Source: Ophelia neglecta (taxonomy: Eukaryota). From it: a stretch of 64,000 nt of DNA. Under the pieces are notes generated by a model. It ran no database searches and was not told the origin of the DNA. It was given only the letters and a program-made list of their open reading frames with translations. A program made the translations under genes and the position numbers. The DNA lies in contig OZ260661.1 in assembly GCA_965285935.1 (NCBI GenBank), positions 91,760,001 through 91,824,000 on the forward strand. The letters are read 5' to 3'. Positions within the stretch are counted from its first letter, which is position 1. Every line of letters begins with the position of its first letter. Shown here piece by piece: positions 39,456 through 53,300 of the stretch.

Positions 39456-42400
39456 GGTGATTATATCATGGTACGGTTTATGTTGTCTAAGGTTAATCCA
39501 CTGTCTTAGCAGTAGTCCATGTATCGTAGTTTATAGGACTATTATTAGGGGAAATTCATTTTCCGGTCTTTCTAAAAAAAAGGTTGCGCTTAATAGTAAA
39601 TCTATTTCCTGTGTATTTTAAGCACAAATGGGATCTTCTGCCCCGCCTGGCCATTTGAAAATGACATGTCCACTCGGCATCGGCCGCAAAATAACCCTCT
39701 GATGACACCTCATACGACAATATAGAAATGCGAAAATTATTTCTATGGTCATTATTATAGACCAAAGATTCTATACGTCTAGTTCACATACACAACTGAG
39801 CATGAAAATCCCCTCCAACCTACTTCGGAGACTATACATGATGCTAATGCCATCACGACGGTTGCCATGGAAACCATACTTCTGCCTATACTGGTTACTG
39901 GCGGTTAGTTTTGTCATGGACAGGCATGAATAACCTCGGGGAAACCCAACTGTATAAGAAAGTTAATTGAAAAAGGTCGAGTTGATATGATCTCTTAATA
40001 GTTGCGATAGCCATTTTGTACTAGCTACATAGTTGCCATGGTTACAAAGGACAGTAACAAACCCATATAATAGCGTGTTGCATAATAAATTTTGTTGCAT
40101 CTACATCTACGAACGATGTGAATTACCACATACGATTTGCCTTAAATACGGAAGACAGTTCCTGGAAATATGGCCAGCACTGCCCATCACCAGCACCCCC
40201 TCCTCCCCTCCCCCTTCTGATCACTGCGGGCCAAATTTCCGTCCACTATACATTGAATTGACCCTTATTGTCAACCGAGAATTATTATAAGTACACTGAA
40301 GCACCTTTATACAAACATTAACTGAGTTACTGGGGTAATTTACATAAATTTGGGTAAAACTGTCCCAAATTAGCTAATTCTGCCTATAGGTTGCAGGGAA
40401 CTTAAATATCTCCTATCTATTACATGTAAAATGAAGGCTTTGCGACGTCACTTTTCGTATTTTCACAACAATTATAGGCAACTAGCGACTAGTTCTGCCT
40501 AGAGACCTATATATTTGGGGAAAATTCACAATAGCAAATGTACAAAATGTTTTGCTAGAGGCTCGTGAAGAAAAAGTGGCCATTTTACTTGATTTGGCCA
40601 AATGTGGGAGCCATACCGCAAAGATGTACCCATACATATCCAAATGTGTCTTTCGCAGTCTCACAATTCCAAAAAATACCATTTCTTGGCATAAATTGTT
40701 TACTATTCACAAGCAATCAGAATTTTACTATTAACACATAATCAAGCCAATCCAGATATGTTTTCTGTCTTTTTTGGCCAATCACAGGTTAAAGTTAAAT
40801 GGCTGGATGAGCTCATTGTTTGAACCCCCCTGCTTTATCACATCTAAATGTTTAAGAGTCATATGCATGTTTAATGTATAATAAAAACTAGGTGAGCCTA
40901 GCCACCAGTTTCTTGTTGCCAGTTGCCAATTGAATTGGCAGCTGAAAGTAAAGTGAGTTGCCAGTTCCAGCTGCCAGTTGACCTATGGCGATTATCCACC
41001 AAAATTTGGTTTAATGTTTTGGATTAAATTTCAATAATCGAATTGACGACCTACCAATTAGGCTATACCCGGTGACTCAAAATGGCTCATAGCATCATTT
41101 GAGGCCACTAGAACTCATTTCAAGCCTTTTTGGTCCAACTTATCTATCTCAACCTTAAGTCAACATTATAATCCAGCTGGCAGCTGAAAGGTAAAAATAG
41201 TTACCAATTCCAGCCGCCAGATCCCAATTCAATAGGTAGGTAGGCCTAATAAAACATTAACAATGATTCAAACCTACAATTTCCTGATTAGACCACAAGA
41301 GCTTATTTCAAACCTTTGTCCAACTGAAGGCGAATATCTGCCTCAAAGTTTGACTTAAATTTGAATACTCGAGTTCGCAACTGGGTAACTAGGCCATTTC
41401 CGGTGACTTTTGACCTTACAGGCCTTTCAGTGATAGGGTTACACCAATATATATGCTTCAGCATGAAGTTCGTGTCGATCAGTTGTCTGTCTTGCTGGGT
41501 TCTAACCAGGCTTATCAATTATTTATGAAAACATAATATTGGTGTAACGCTACGAAAAGCAAGCCATAACTCACCATTCACAAAAATCTGTGATCATGAA
41601 ACCTAAGATATATTGCAGAAAGTATTTGATAAAGAAGTTTAACTATCGAGTTTTTCGGCGCACCGGCGGTACCGTTATTAATCTCTTGGGTTTGGTCTTC
41701 ACAGCAGCACTCTCACCAATCAGTAAATGTATTCTAAAGGCATATTTTCGAACCCTATGCTATTCGTTATTTGCGACTCATTTAGGCCTAGTAGGGTATA
41801 CACCCCGCCCCCCGACCCCAGCCCCTCCCTACAATGGATATTCTGCGAAAAACCTGGAGACATGTATTTCATGAAGGGGGCGGTTTGGGGATGAGCTAGT
41901 CTGCAAGTCCAGAAGAAGGCAGGCTTGCCTGCCGAAAATTCGACATAAATACCTTGGTGTTTTGTTTTATTTTAATATTACACTCTTTCTTCCATATATT
42001 TCCTTTCGCGGGACTTTTCTTAGTTGACCCGGAGAATCGTACATCAGTATATATTAATTTATATGGCGTCCTTGTGACACTTGCGGTGAAATGTGTAGCA
42101 CCTTATGCGTAGATCTGTCAATTTTTTATAAACTGTACAAGTTTACGTGTAGCAAAATGGGTCTCACTGGGTAACACCATCCATCTCCTGAGATGAAATA
42201 AGCAAACTTGGCCAATTTACCTAAATCTTATAAAGAACAGGAATAGCATTATGATTGCGCTATCGGCCTATAATAAATGCCCCTTGTGGGTAAGAGCGTA
42301 TAATAAATGAGTAAGACGCTGATGATAGAAACATTATGTGATGATCAGCTGCGGGGTCATACAGACTCATCAGGCTGTTTTTCAGGACTACGCGTGAAGT

Positions 42401-44979
42401 ACTTTCAAAGATTAAATGGACTTTTTTTCTATTACGGGAGCGCACTTTTCTGGATTGGCTCGCCACGGCACGGCAGCCTACATCTTGCCACCTTCAAGGA
42501 GCCTTCATATTAAACCTGGACTGCATTTTGTCCTACTTTTACTATATGGGAGGGGTCGAGTGGGCGGAACAACTAGACTGCTCGGAGGGCTTAAAGTCGA
42601 TATGAAGCTGATGTTTTTCGCAACGAGCCTACCCCTATTATGTAAACATATAAGGAAACCTGCTGTTTTAACCATGTCGTACATTTTATATATATAAATG
42701 GCCGATGCGTTCCTTATTTACCTGCAAGCATTCTTTGCAGCTTTTCGGCTATTGTTGCGACCAAGTATCTTTCTTCAAAGCAAGAAGAGGAGAACGGTAT
42801 ATTGGAGGCTAAGCTGGCCAATAGACGGGGTTCCAACGGTTTGATAAAACAAATAAACCAAGAAGAGGGTTTTTTTTAAAAACACCCATAAATCTGGCGT
42901 AATTAGCACTGTTAGAGCATAGTTTTCCAAACAATAACTGGCTTAACATGCTCCCGGCTTCCAAAAAGGCGCAGGTGCGCATTCGAAGTGCTGCTTTCGC
43001 TAACACCGAACCCATTGTCGGGAAACCCACTCCAGCGAGAACCTTTTTCTCGCGAGCAACAGCACTGCAACAAATTATAGTATAGGTCTACTGTGCTCAG
43101 CATTGGAAGACAACACCGATTCTCATCGAGGTGCAACAATGTTTTGTCGGCACATTACAATTTGTTTCAATCCTGCTGCTCACAAGGAAACGCTTCTCAC
43201 TGGCCAGGTTTCCCAACTATGGAATTAACCCTTTCTGACTAAAGGCCTTTAGAATATATATTTTCTGGCTTATATTGGCAGTTAATCTACTTTCTTGCCA
43301 CTTTTGGCCTCCAGTGATTTTACAACGTAGACTAATGGAATGGTAAAGAAAAAACCTAGGCCAAACTGCAGAGAAAGATAAAAATGGAAACGTTAATCTT
43401 GTTAAGTGCTGAACTAATCATTAGTTTACCCTATGAGCTTCTTTCTGGGCTAGTAGCTTTGGATCACTTCACTGGCAGAAAATTAACACAAAACTCGTCG
43501 CCAAAAGAACGCGCTCCTTAAAGTCAAGTTCAAGGATAAGCTCGAATACACAGTCTGACTAATTTTATCCGCATTTTAAACGGCTTGTCAACGATTAAGA
43601 CCAATAATAATGATTTCGAAGCCGATAGTCATGAATAAATCGCGACTTTGAGGCGATGCTAGTTTGCCAACTTATTATGTTGTTGAAAGATTTAGCAAGT
43701 TCTCGGTGATTTAAGAATGATCTAAATTCCAAGAGAGCCCTGCTCAGATTTCATTTTTTTCAGTCTTGAGCTCTATTAGCTAAATGCGAGGGGGAAATGT
43801 TTCCAGTTGAGATTAACTTTCACCAGTATGCGGGTATCAAAACAGTGTCCGTTGGGGTATAGCGACGTCGATTAAAGCAACAATATAACCGTCAGTCCTT
43901 TGGCATGGAAAAATAAGGAAAACCCGACTAAAATTGTCCCTCGTCATAGCGGACTGCCTCCGCTTCACATTGTGTTGGTCACCTCTCGTTTACTTAGCCA
44001 AAATAACATTGTTATTTAAACTGTCCTATAAATATACATGCTAGTGAGTTCAAGAATGGAAACTTTTTATCGTCTTCTTCATTATACTGGGCCAACTTCA
44101 ATGGACGGGAGACTCCGGCGAATGGTCAAGGAGGGAGCGGTGAAGTGAGGTACCAAGGTGTGTGTGTGTGTTGTGTCACATCTGGTGCAGTTGTGAGTTA
44201 AAATAAGGAGTACTGCCCCTAAGTTTCTCGAGGCAGGGGTGCTGAGCCCTGCACTGCAGTTTCTTTTGTCACGTAAGTTGTAAGAAAACATCGGCAAACA
44301 AGCGAGCAGTAAACATGAGTAGACGGCACGGTCCCAGAACGGATCCCTGCGGTACATAATATATGTAGCCCGTGCAATACTCGATGTTGCTCCCCCACAA
44401 CAACGGTCTGAGAATAGCCGCTTTCAAAGATGTTGATCCAGGATAAGATAGTTGGTATTGCCATCAATGTCATACTGTTTACATGATTTAAATCTGGCAT
44501 GTTTAACTGTACATTTCATTTGGCATTTGGCATGTCTTTTTCAACACCTTTTATTTTCTATGACTGGATCCTTAGTTCTCTCCAGCTATGGTTTTAACGT
44601 GGGCAAATGAACCTGATGATCTGGTTGGAAGTAAACATTTGATTCGGCAGGAAATAGGGTGATTTGATCTATTATTTTTGTTCAACTTTTCCTCTGCGCA
44701 ATATGTTTCATGCATATCATGCACCCTAGCACTTCACTTTTCAACAAAACAAATGTTTGTTCTGGGGATCCCATAAGGTGATTTCACCTCCTGAATAACA
44801 CTTTGTCTCTCGTTATCAATTTCGATGTCATACATCGGAACCCGTGCTGTCATAGATAGAGGATATCCTCGTCGTGGGCATGCTTTATGAATGAGCTGCA
44901 CAGGGTTCGTACCATGACCTTCGAGGTCATGCAGATAAGGCTAATTAGGTGGTAGTTTGCAGATACAAACATCTGTCCC

Positions 44980-46020
44980 TAGACTGAAGCGTCATTGGCA
45001 TGTTTCCATGTATTGGGCACCTGGCAATCCCTGAGGGATTTCTGGAAGATACGAGTGAGGGGGTCCAGCCAAAACTTCACACAGGCCCTTGAATACCCTT
45101 TCCACATTTTTCTGTAGACTAAGGACACCTGGTGTACGGACTTTGAATGATGGATAGATATTTACGTTGTAGACGGCACAGAGTGATAGCGGTCTGGAAC
45201 TGGTCGTTTAATTTGGTGTGTGAGATGAGTTTTCGGTCGACCGTTCGAGAAGCGACTCCGAGAAGGTCGGTCAACTTGTGCTTGATAAGACGCCAGAAGC
45301 GCTTTATACACGCAAAGATTATTTATTTATATTCCTGACTAGAGAAGTGACATTTTCATTAACAGATCTCCAGAAGGACCTTCTTACCTCACTCTGTGTT
45401 TCCTTCTTAAGTTGTGGGAATTCGGTTTAATCATTAATCTATAATACTTCTTAATAGCTGAAGTCTCCGTGAAGTCTTCATTGCTGAACCAGGGGACTGG
45501 TCAATCTTTAGTTTTGGTAGTATTTTGCAGGATGATTTTTCCATGCCGTCTTGAATCATGCTGTCTCAGAGCTCATCAATGGATTATGATTGTTCAATAT
45601 CGGTATTTCTATGCCTAAATGTTGCGATATATTCGCGGAAGCCAGTCCACTCACAGTTTTATTACATAGGGAGGATTGCTTTCTCTGAGCTGGGTTAAAG
45701 TCAAACTCCGGATACACTACATGGTGATCTCCGATGAAGGTAGGATATATATCCGGTCAACCTGTTTCGAGCTGTTGGTGACTATGAGATTTAATGTGTT
45801 GTCCATGCGTATGATCTCCTCGACAGGCTGGCTTAGACGATTATCATGTATCAGGTCGAGCAATGAGTTGAGGATGGTCGGATATGGGGCTCGTGGTTTT
45901 AGAGACATGCTCATCCAGTCCCATCCTGGAAAGTTGATCTAGTCGCCAAGGATTATGGGATGGTTGTTGCTACCTCTTATGCGTTAGAGGGTTTCGTCAA
46001 GGGCCTCCAGCATTTCAGCA
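44980..46020 (-). mobile_element. Decayed CR1/L2-like LINE ORF2 fragment (APE endonuclease C-terminus to RT N-terminus)
   Basis: Minus-strand motifs IILGD*INFPGWDW, NTLNLIVTN, IGDHHVV, and RVFKGLCEVLAGP/TRIFQKSLRDCQVPNTWKHAN. Confidence 0.8.
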
Positions 46021-48189
46021 TAATGAACTTTCGTGTATGAGTAGTAAAGTGATTTTAGGCGATTAGGACGAATATATGAGCAATACCAGTAATCAAATGA
46101 GTTATTTGGTGTAGGTACCCGCTTGAACTACAAAAACGGCCTGCGCATTTCAACCCAAAATGACATAAAAGGTTCATAAAATTTGAAACATTAAACAATT
46201 CACAAGGTCCTTGGCCCTAATCTGAACAAGGCGTGGATAATCAATATCTGGTGAAACAGTCAGCGATAGTCAGTGAACAAGAACAGCCCTCAGAAGCATC
46301 AAAGCTATGACAAGTGCCTAGATTGCCGAGTGCGCACTATCACAGCAAATGCTGGTAACATAGCAATGTGCCATCGTAAATGTATTTATTACAAGAGTGA
46401 CTAAGTCGAAAATAGAACGAATATATATCAATGCTTCCAATGCACCAATTAATGGTAGCATAGAACAGAATTAGAAACAAGATTTTAGAAAGAAATCTTT
46501 TCCACAGCCCCCCCCCCCCTCCCCGACTTAATCTGCATTGTGAAAAGGATTTTTTTTCGGTTGGAAAAATCAGACTTACAGCGAAGGGGCGAATTCTTCT
46601 TGTTACTTAAACCACCGTTGGGTCTATAGATATATCTATCCGCAGACAAAGCCACACATTTACAATGCATAAAATAACATGATGAATACCCTGCATGGTA
46701 CAAACATTTCTCAGGGCTCGTAAGTGAGCTGGTGTGTATAGTTTATCACATTTACCCGATAACACAACTTAGAATATCCGGTTCCTGTCACAACGAACCC
46801 TGACCTATCCCAGTGGTACAATTTACAGTTTTCGGACAGGAAATTTTGCGCAACAGTGTATTCTCAGTAGTGCTAGTTTCCGGTAAAATGCTGATTAGTA
46901 CCTGAGAACCAGACATCAATGGTTGATATTTTGCATTGGGTTCAAATAAAAGAGAGCGAATGCAACAAATAAAGCCAAGCAATTTAATTTAGTCCATATA
47001 GTGATTGATATATCACAGACCGTGATAAGATGGAACCAGCTTTAGCAGGTTTTTCACGACCAATAGCAAGAAAACATTCGAACTCATCACAGGTATTTAA
47101 GGTTTAATGCTGGTCGTCTGATCATAACAAACGGGTAAGAGGCATTGCATGTCCAGCTGGCTTATAGGCATATACACCTAGAATAAGGACAAACAATTGT
47201 GGACGACATAAATCTGCAAGCGATTAAAGTATACAGAGCTAACAAGCCAATGTCGACTGTAGTAGTTCCCCCGAGGCATGCAGAAGCTACAAGCGGTAGA
47301 TCAAAGTCACTATTGTTCTCTGGGAATAATATGCCGTCTGTAGTGATTGCATGACCCACTGTTATGCTGTCGGCTTTCATTGAGTTATAAATCAGAATTT
47401 TGATGGAAAATGTCCGGCTTCACATCCATTAGGAAAGAGATAAAATATCGGCAGGAGGCTATAAGGAGAAACATGCCACAACATGTACAGATCCTCAAAG
47501 GAAAGAGAATCTAGGGCACAGTCACTAATTTACCAGGTTGGGGGCCCGGCTATTCACATAGGGGTGGAAGCGGGGCTAGGAGGGACATTGATTCAATTCC
47601 TATCAAAGAGGCGGAGGGGGGGGGGGGGCATCAAATATAAATATAAGAACCATTTTAATGATCAGATCTGGTTGCAAGGCAAAGCTGAGCTCATCAAATC
47701 ATGTTGTCAGACACCCGGCCAATTGTCCGTCTGCGATTGCTTCTTTTGATTCTTTCTCAAAAACCGCTCGCCTTACAACTTTATCCTTATACATACCTGC
47801 AATATCCATATTATCACTGACCTATATTTTACTGTAAACTTTTACCCGTGTATTTAAAGCTTCAAAATATTTTCCTCGGGATCCAGCAGGCTGTTAATTC
47901 TTATATTGCCCCCGTTGGAAAAAAAAGGACAACTTTTTACTTAAATCGTATTTCTAAAGCTTAGCAATTGCACATTGTTTGATAAGATGACGAGGTTAAC
48001 GAATTTGTGTTGTCCTCTCGGGCCATAATGGTTCAAAATAAGCTGGTAAAATGTATTGAACATTGACTACAGGTCATATGCATCCATATGGAATCCAGTG
48101 GTGACCTTGAATGTAACCTTGGGTCATATTTTCAAGGCCAAATTTAAATTCCCCCACAAACAATTATCAAAGCAGGAGTGTAAGACAAC

Positions 48190-48706
48190 TTTCTCTTTGT
48201 ACCAACCACAATAAATTTCGGGTTTTTCCTAAATGGAGTGACAGTTTGTTATCAAACAACCATTTGCTCACAAATCCCAGTTCTACATTCAAGCAGCGCT
48301 CTAATACATAAAAATCCTCGCCCTTTAACAACAAAGCTGAATCATCAATATACAAGAATAAAGAACACCCGAACGCAGCTGTCATGTGATTGACATAGTT
48401 TAAAAATAATAATGGCCCAGGAATTGAGCCCTGTGCCACTCCACGAGTCAATTCAAGGTGATTCAACATCACACCTGATACATCCACCCTTTGGCATCTA
48501 TTATTTAAATAAGAGGCAAACCATTCTCCAACACTGGGATTAGGCCAATAGAAAGCAGTTTATCCAGAAGTATCTATTGATGTACAGTGTCAAATGCTTT
48601 TTGTGTATCCAACACACTCATACCAGTGCGGAAGCCACTGTCCATATTACATTTGGCATAATCAGCGACGCAAGTAAGTGCTGTGTCATTGGAAAACCCT
48701 GCCTGA
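48190..48706 (-). mobile_element. Decayed LINE (CR1/L2-like) RT core
   Basis: GFSNDTAL...LDTQKAFDTV...WFASYLNNRCQRV...GVAQGSIPGPLLFLNYVN...LYIDDSAL...WLFDNKLSLHLGKT; one stop. Confidence 0.92.
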
Positions 48707-50105
48707 AACAAGAATGATAGAGATTGTGATTACTGGAACCTTCTCAGTATTGTAATGGCTTAAGAGTGCAAAGTACTATACTTGTAATGGCTTAATGTAT
48801 CTAATTAGGTGTATCAAAGGATTTGACAACTAAGCGGATGACATACCGTCAAGAAGTCTACAAAGGATATTTCCATTTGACCTTGGCCTCATTCTAAACG
48901 CCAATTAAGATAACTGAAATCAATCTTCGTTGCCTCCTAATGTGTAATGGAAATGTTACGCGCAGGATACAATGGTAACCTTGATCGCAACTTTGGTCTG
49001 ATTTTCAATGTCAAGTTGTTTAAACTAAATTCCCCCTAATTTTTCCCCTCAAAATATGGATGTCAGTGTGGTCTCAATATTAATAACAAGTCATTATTTT
49101 TTCGGACTCATAATGCAATTTACCGATAATGGGTGTGTGTGGGGGGGGGGGGGGGGGTAAATCGTCAATGGAAATTCAAGTGTGTCAAATATTGACCCCC
49201 TCCCCCTTCCTCAATCTCACCACCTTATAAGGAACGAGGTCCCTATATAAACCGATATAGACCGATTGCTAATGTATCACTGTTAATTTATTTTTTTGCC
49301 AGCAAACAACGCTTGCATTCACTGCATATGATTGTTGTGAGAGCCCCCATAGGCATATATTATGTTTTAACTTATCTTTTCATGGAACTACCTTTATGGT
49401 GCTAACTATACAGTTATTATATTCATTCATGGTTGAAAAGGCAAATTAAAGCACCTTACAAATCAGCAATTTCTCTGCCTGTGACGCAAATAATCACATC
49501 CAGTTTTATCATACTAGCTATTCATGTTGAAATTGCCGTTTGTTTTTGCAAATAGCGGGATATCTTTCTGGGCTTGCCTTTGCCCTTATTATCCATTAAC
49601 TCCTAGATGGGCAGAGCCCCGTTGTTTTAGTACACAATTAACGGACAGAATGAGCTCAGGCAATGTATACAGCCTTATCGCCAGGAATGGATGGTCATTC
49701 TAGCAAGATGCAAGGATTCCCCAGACCTGACCAAATGACATGAGGAACACTGGGTGAACACATTAGTACTCAGCGGACTAAATTAAGTGAGAGAGATTCC
49801 GCTACCGAATGAGCGGAACTTTTGCGAACATCTATAAGAAATATAGTAGTATAATTTCATTTATTGTTCGTGGATTTCACACTTACAGTTCTTTTTTTTT
49901 TGTTTTCACAGTAGCCGTTTTAATTTAATAGGAGTCGAGGCTGTTATATTTATTGTTACTTGCGTCGTTCGAGTGCAATAACAGCAGGAGACAGGCTTTA
50001 ACGGGTTCTTCCATTGACCTAACCTGTCCTTTAGTGGCGGAAGTCAAGTTTGTGTTCATTTAGGGTGCTGGTACTATTTCGGTCTTTAAGTATGTCATTT
50101 GCCTC

Positions 50106-50342
50106 TTAGAACGCACCTTTAGCATCATGGAAGGGGGGCTACAAGAAAAGGGAGTTGCCTTTACATTTTCGAAGAACAAAAAGTTGGTCTTTCAGCTTCC
50201 TATTCTATTGTCAAAAAAGGAAGGTCTATCTCTGGGATTCTCTGCGCGTGAAATGTTGTCCACCAAGATTTCTTCTAGCACCCCTCCCCCCCCCCCCATC
50301 CCCCCTTCTCCCCTCCATAATTCCTAACGGTGTGTCCCTTAG
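50106..50342. mobile_element. Degenerate MITE with G-rich subterminal tracts
   Basis: Left end GAACGCACCTTTAGCATCATGGAAGGGG resembles the reverse complement of the right end, GGACACACCGTTAGGAATTATGGAGGGG. Related single ends occur at ~16814 and ~53391. Confidence 0.5.
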
Positions 50343-53300
50343 AAGGTGTTACAGATTGTCAGAACGTATTGAATGTTTAGGGTTAGGGGAAGGATATTCC
50401 TAAAACTCTTACTGAAACATTGTATCCATAAATCTAACCAAGTTACCCAAACTTAACCGATTAAGCTAGGTTTAAAACAAATCGTATCTCGTATCTGTGT
50501 CTCGTATCTGGTATTCTGAATCAGGTTTTACAGTATGCCGTCGGTCCATGGGTTAATGACTATAAATACACGAGTTACCCTAGTAACCTAGGTCAAATTG
50601 TTACGATCGGCCGCACCATTCAGACACCAATTAATATTGAGTACTGACTAGTCTTTGCTAACTTAAAAGGAAGTAGGCAATCTATGTCTATAAGGACATG
50701 AAATGGTCTCTAGTGCTTCAAACCGTCTGCAGATTCCCGCCTTCTTTATAATGACATCAGAACGAGTCAGTATCAGCCTTGCCAGACATTCTTAAAGATC
50801 TAATGGTGTTACAAAGCATACTTTGTTATCTCAACTACAGTATACGGTCTCTTGGCCATTCAAAATAATTAAATACCGTGGCCAAGGTGATTGCGATTAT
50901 GATTTGCCAAAAAAACATGGTTTCCCTGACATAGCCATACCCAAATTGCCGATGCTTTGAGTCGTTTGCCTCCCGAGATAATAAGAGTGAGAAATAAGTA
51001 GGTAGGATTTAGATCCGGTGAAGCACATAGCTGTCAAAAGCAGAGTGAAGCGCCGTGCTCCTTTGACATTTGATGTTAAGTACACTTTATCCCTTAGGTA
51101 AATCACCCCTGATCGAAATGTCTAGAATCCCCTCTTCAACGTGTTTTAATACAAAGTAGCCTTCTTATAGATAAAGTCCTTACAGCACTTTGGTGACACT
51201 CCTGCAATTCTTTAAATGTAAATAAATCACGGTTTATATGTGAGTAATATTTCTAAAATGGCATGAAAATGAGGCTTTCTTGGCAAGTTGCGGTATATAG
51301 TATATGCTTTTAGAACACTTAATTGTTTTTTTTATTGAAAACCATTGCCAGCTTATGCTATCCATTAATATGGAGCATAATATATCCCATTTTATTATAA
51401 TTATTATTTTAGTTTTTTTCTTAACGAGTGGAAGAAAAGTAGCCTAATAAGGCAAATTAACCATAACTGACTTGTTCAAAGAATCATAAATAACGCATGT
51501 TACAATTTTGCAACAATAGGTCTATATGTTACCGCATTGACTGAGATCTGTCATTTTAGGAATAAACTATTATTATTATTATTCGTGTGTTTATTATTTG
51601 AGGTTGTTATCAAATCTTATCTTGCTCCTATTTTGTCGTGCGCAAACTGCGCACTATCTTTATCCAATAATCACATTTATCTTTACTTCTTTGCACCTCT
51701 TTTCTATCATACCGACTATTACAAGTAGGCCTATGTTATATTGATTTAAATCAATAAATCACCGTTTTAACATAATACGGTTTAATCTAGCCTGACATAT
51801 AGATGTATGAAGTACTTTATAGGATGATACTAACATTTGAAATAATGTTTTAAAATCTTGCAAGGGACAGTATTGCCTATGACTAGTCCACAGCATAAGT
51901 ATGGCAAAAGTTGTGATTTTGCAGCGCTAGTAAGTGAGCTCATAAAAAAAACCATGTAGTCATCAAACAAAAATGAAAATTACATATTTGGAAATCCATT
52001 TTATATATTAATCATCTCTACATTTTTTGTTCCGGTAGGGATAAAATGACAAGTAAACAAATTCCCCATGACAAATTCACATGCACAGCTGAAATTAGCC
52101 CTACTGACCAATTGCTGACCACTGTCTCCTTAGTTAAAACTAGGCTTTCAGGTGAGAAATGTGGCTGTTGGTTAGTAGTATGATACATCTCCGGTTAGCT
52201 CCATTCCTCTTTACAGCGACAATCAATATGTCATAAATATATTATCTACACATATAACACAGGATCCATCCCAGAAGATTTGTTGTGAGAACTAATGCCT
52301 TGAAATCTGAAACTGGCACTGGGCTGGGAAGAACCGTTACAATGGGATATCTATGAATCGGGGTCCGGTAATGGCCAGCACATCAATGATGAACCGGGGT
52401 AGAGTGGAATCGGCTCGCAAATTAACTCCCTTAACTTAACAATTTTGGTCTGGGATATGGCTCTGGCAAGGCAAGTGCTGAGTGTATTTCAGTCTCTGGG
52501 ATCCTGATATCCGTGGCCTGGTCCATTAGAACACGGAGTATACCAACATGTGCTTTATGGTTTCCACTGCATTCAACAACCTTTGCTGACTAAAAGGTCA
52601 CATCGGTTTTACAAACAAGTTGTTCTGTAAATTGAGTCATGAATGTCCTTATGGCTGGTCAGGTAGGTACTTTGCCACTTCCGTAAGGCAAGGCGTTGTT
52701 GCTCACGAAGCTCATCAGTGTACCAGGGGCATTTTTATGACGACAAATTATGACCTCTTTTGTTTCTGACGCATTCGTGTCTACTAAGTCACTGAGGCCA
52801 TATAGAAACCTGGTCATAACCACACTCGATGCATGGCACAACAGGGCTCGCTGGGAGAATAGAGGTGTCTTACCTGATGATAACTAAATCTAAAACCTGG
52901 ATTTTGTCAATCTCGTCCATCTTGGGGATAAAATGTCCTCACTTTTTTTCATTCCTGCCGAGAGAAATCACTTAAAGGTAGGATTGTTATTAAGGAACCA
53001 GATTTCAATCAAAATAATTTTATTTAAACAAACAATAAGTACGTCTAACGAAATCAACACATATTAATTAAGTTTCCCTTTTTATTTAGCATCTTACTAG
53101 ACCTATATCACCACAAATTGTAATACATTCATCTTTCATTTGCAATTATGTTATAGTGTATCCAACTAGGTTGAAATGGAAAGGCTTAACGGTGACAAAG
53201 GTTAAAAATATATAACGATACTCAAGACTTAAAGAGAAAAACGTGTTTCATAGTTTATCTCCTAAATCTTGTCGGAAAAATGACCCCTGGGATGACTCAG

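Noticed and set aside
42345-42380. Minus-strand CTGATGA-GTC..GAC as a hammerhead core (similar cases near 52700 and 53980)
   Set aside because: Stem II is not followed directly by GAAA and no stem I/III pairing can be built.
44080-44870. Overlapping ~90-aa minus-strand ORFs as a possible gene
   Set aside because: No recognisable motif or consistent splice structure; adjacent to a decayed LINE.
52130-52560. Possible hAT transposase remnant on the minus strand
   Set aside because: No convincing dimerisation motif (ERxFS) could be recovered in any frame.
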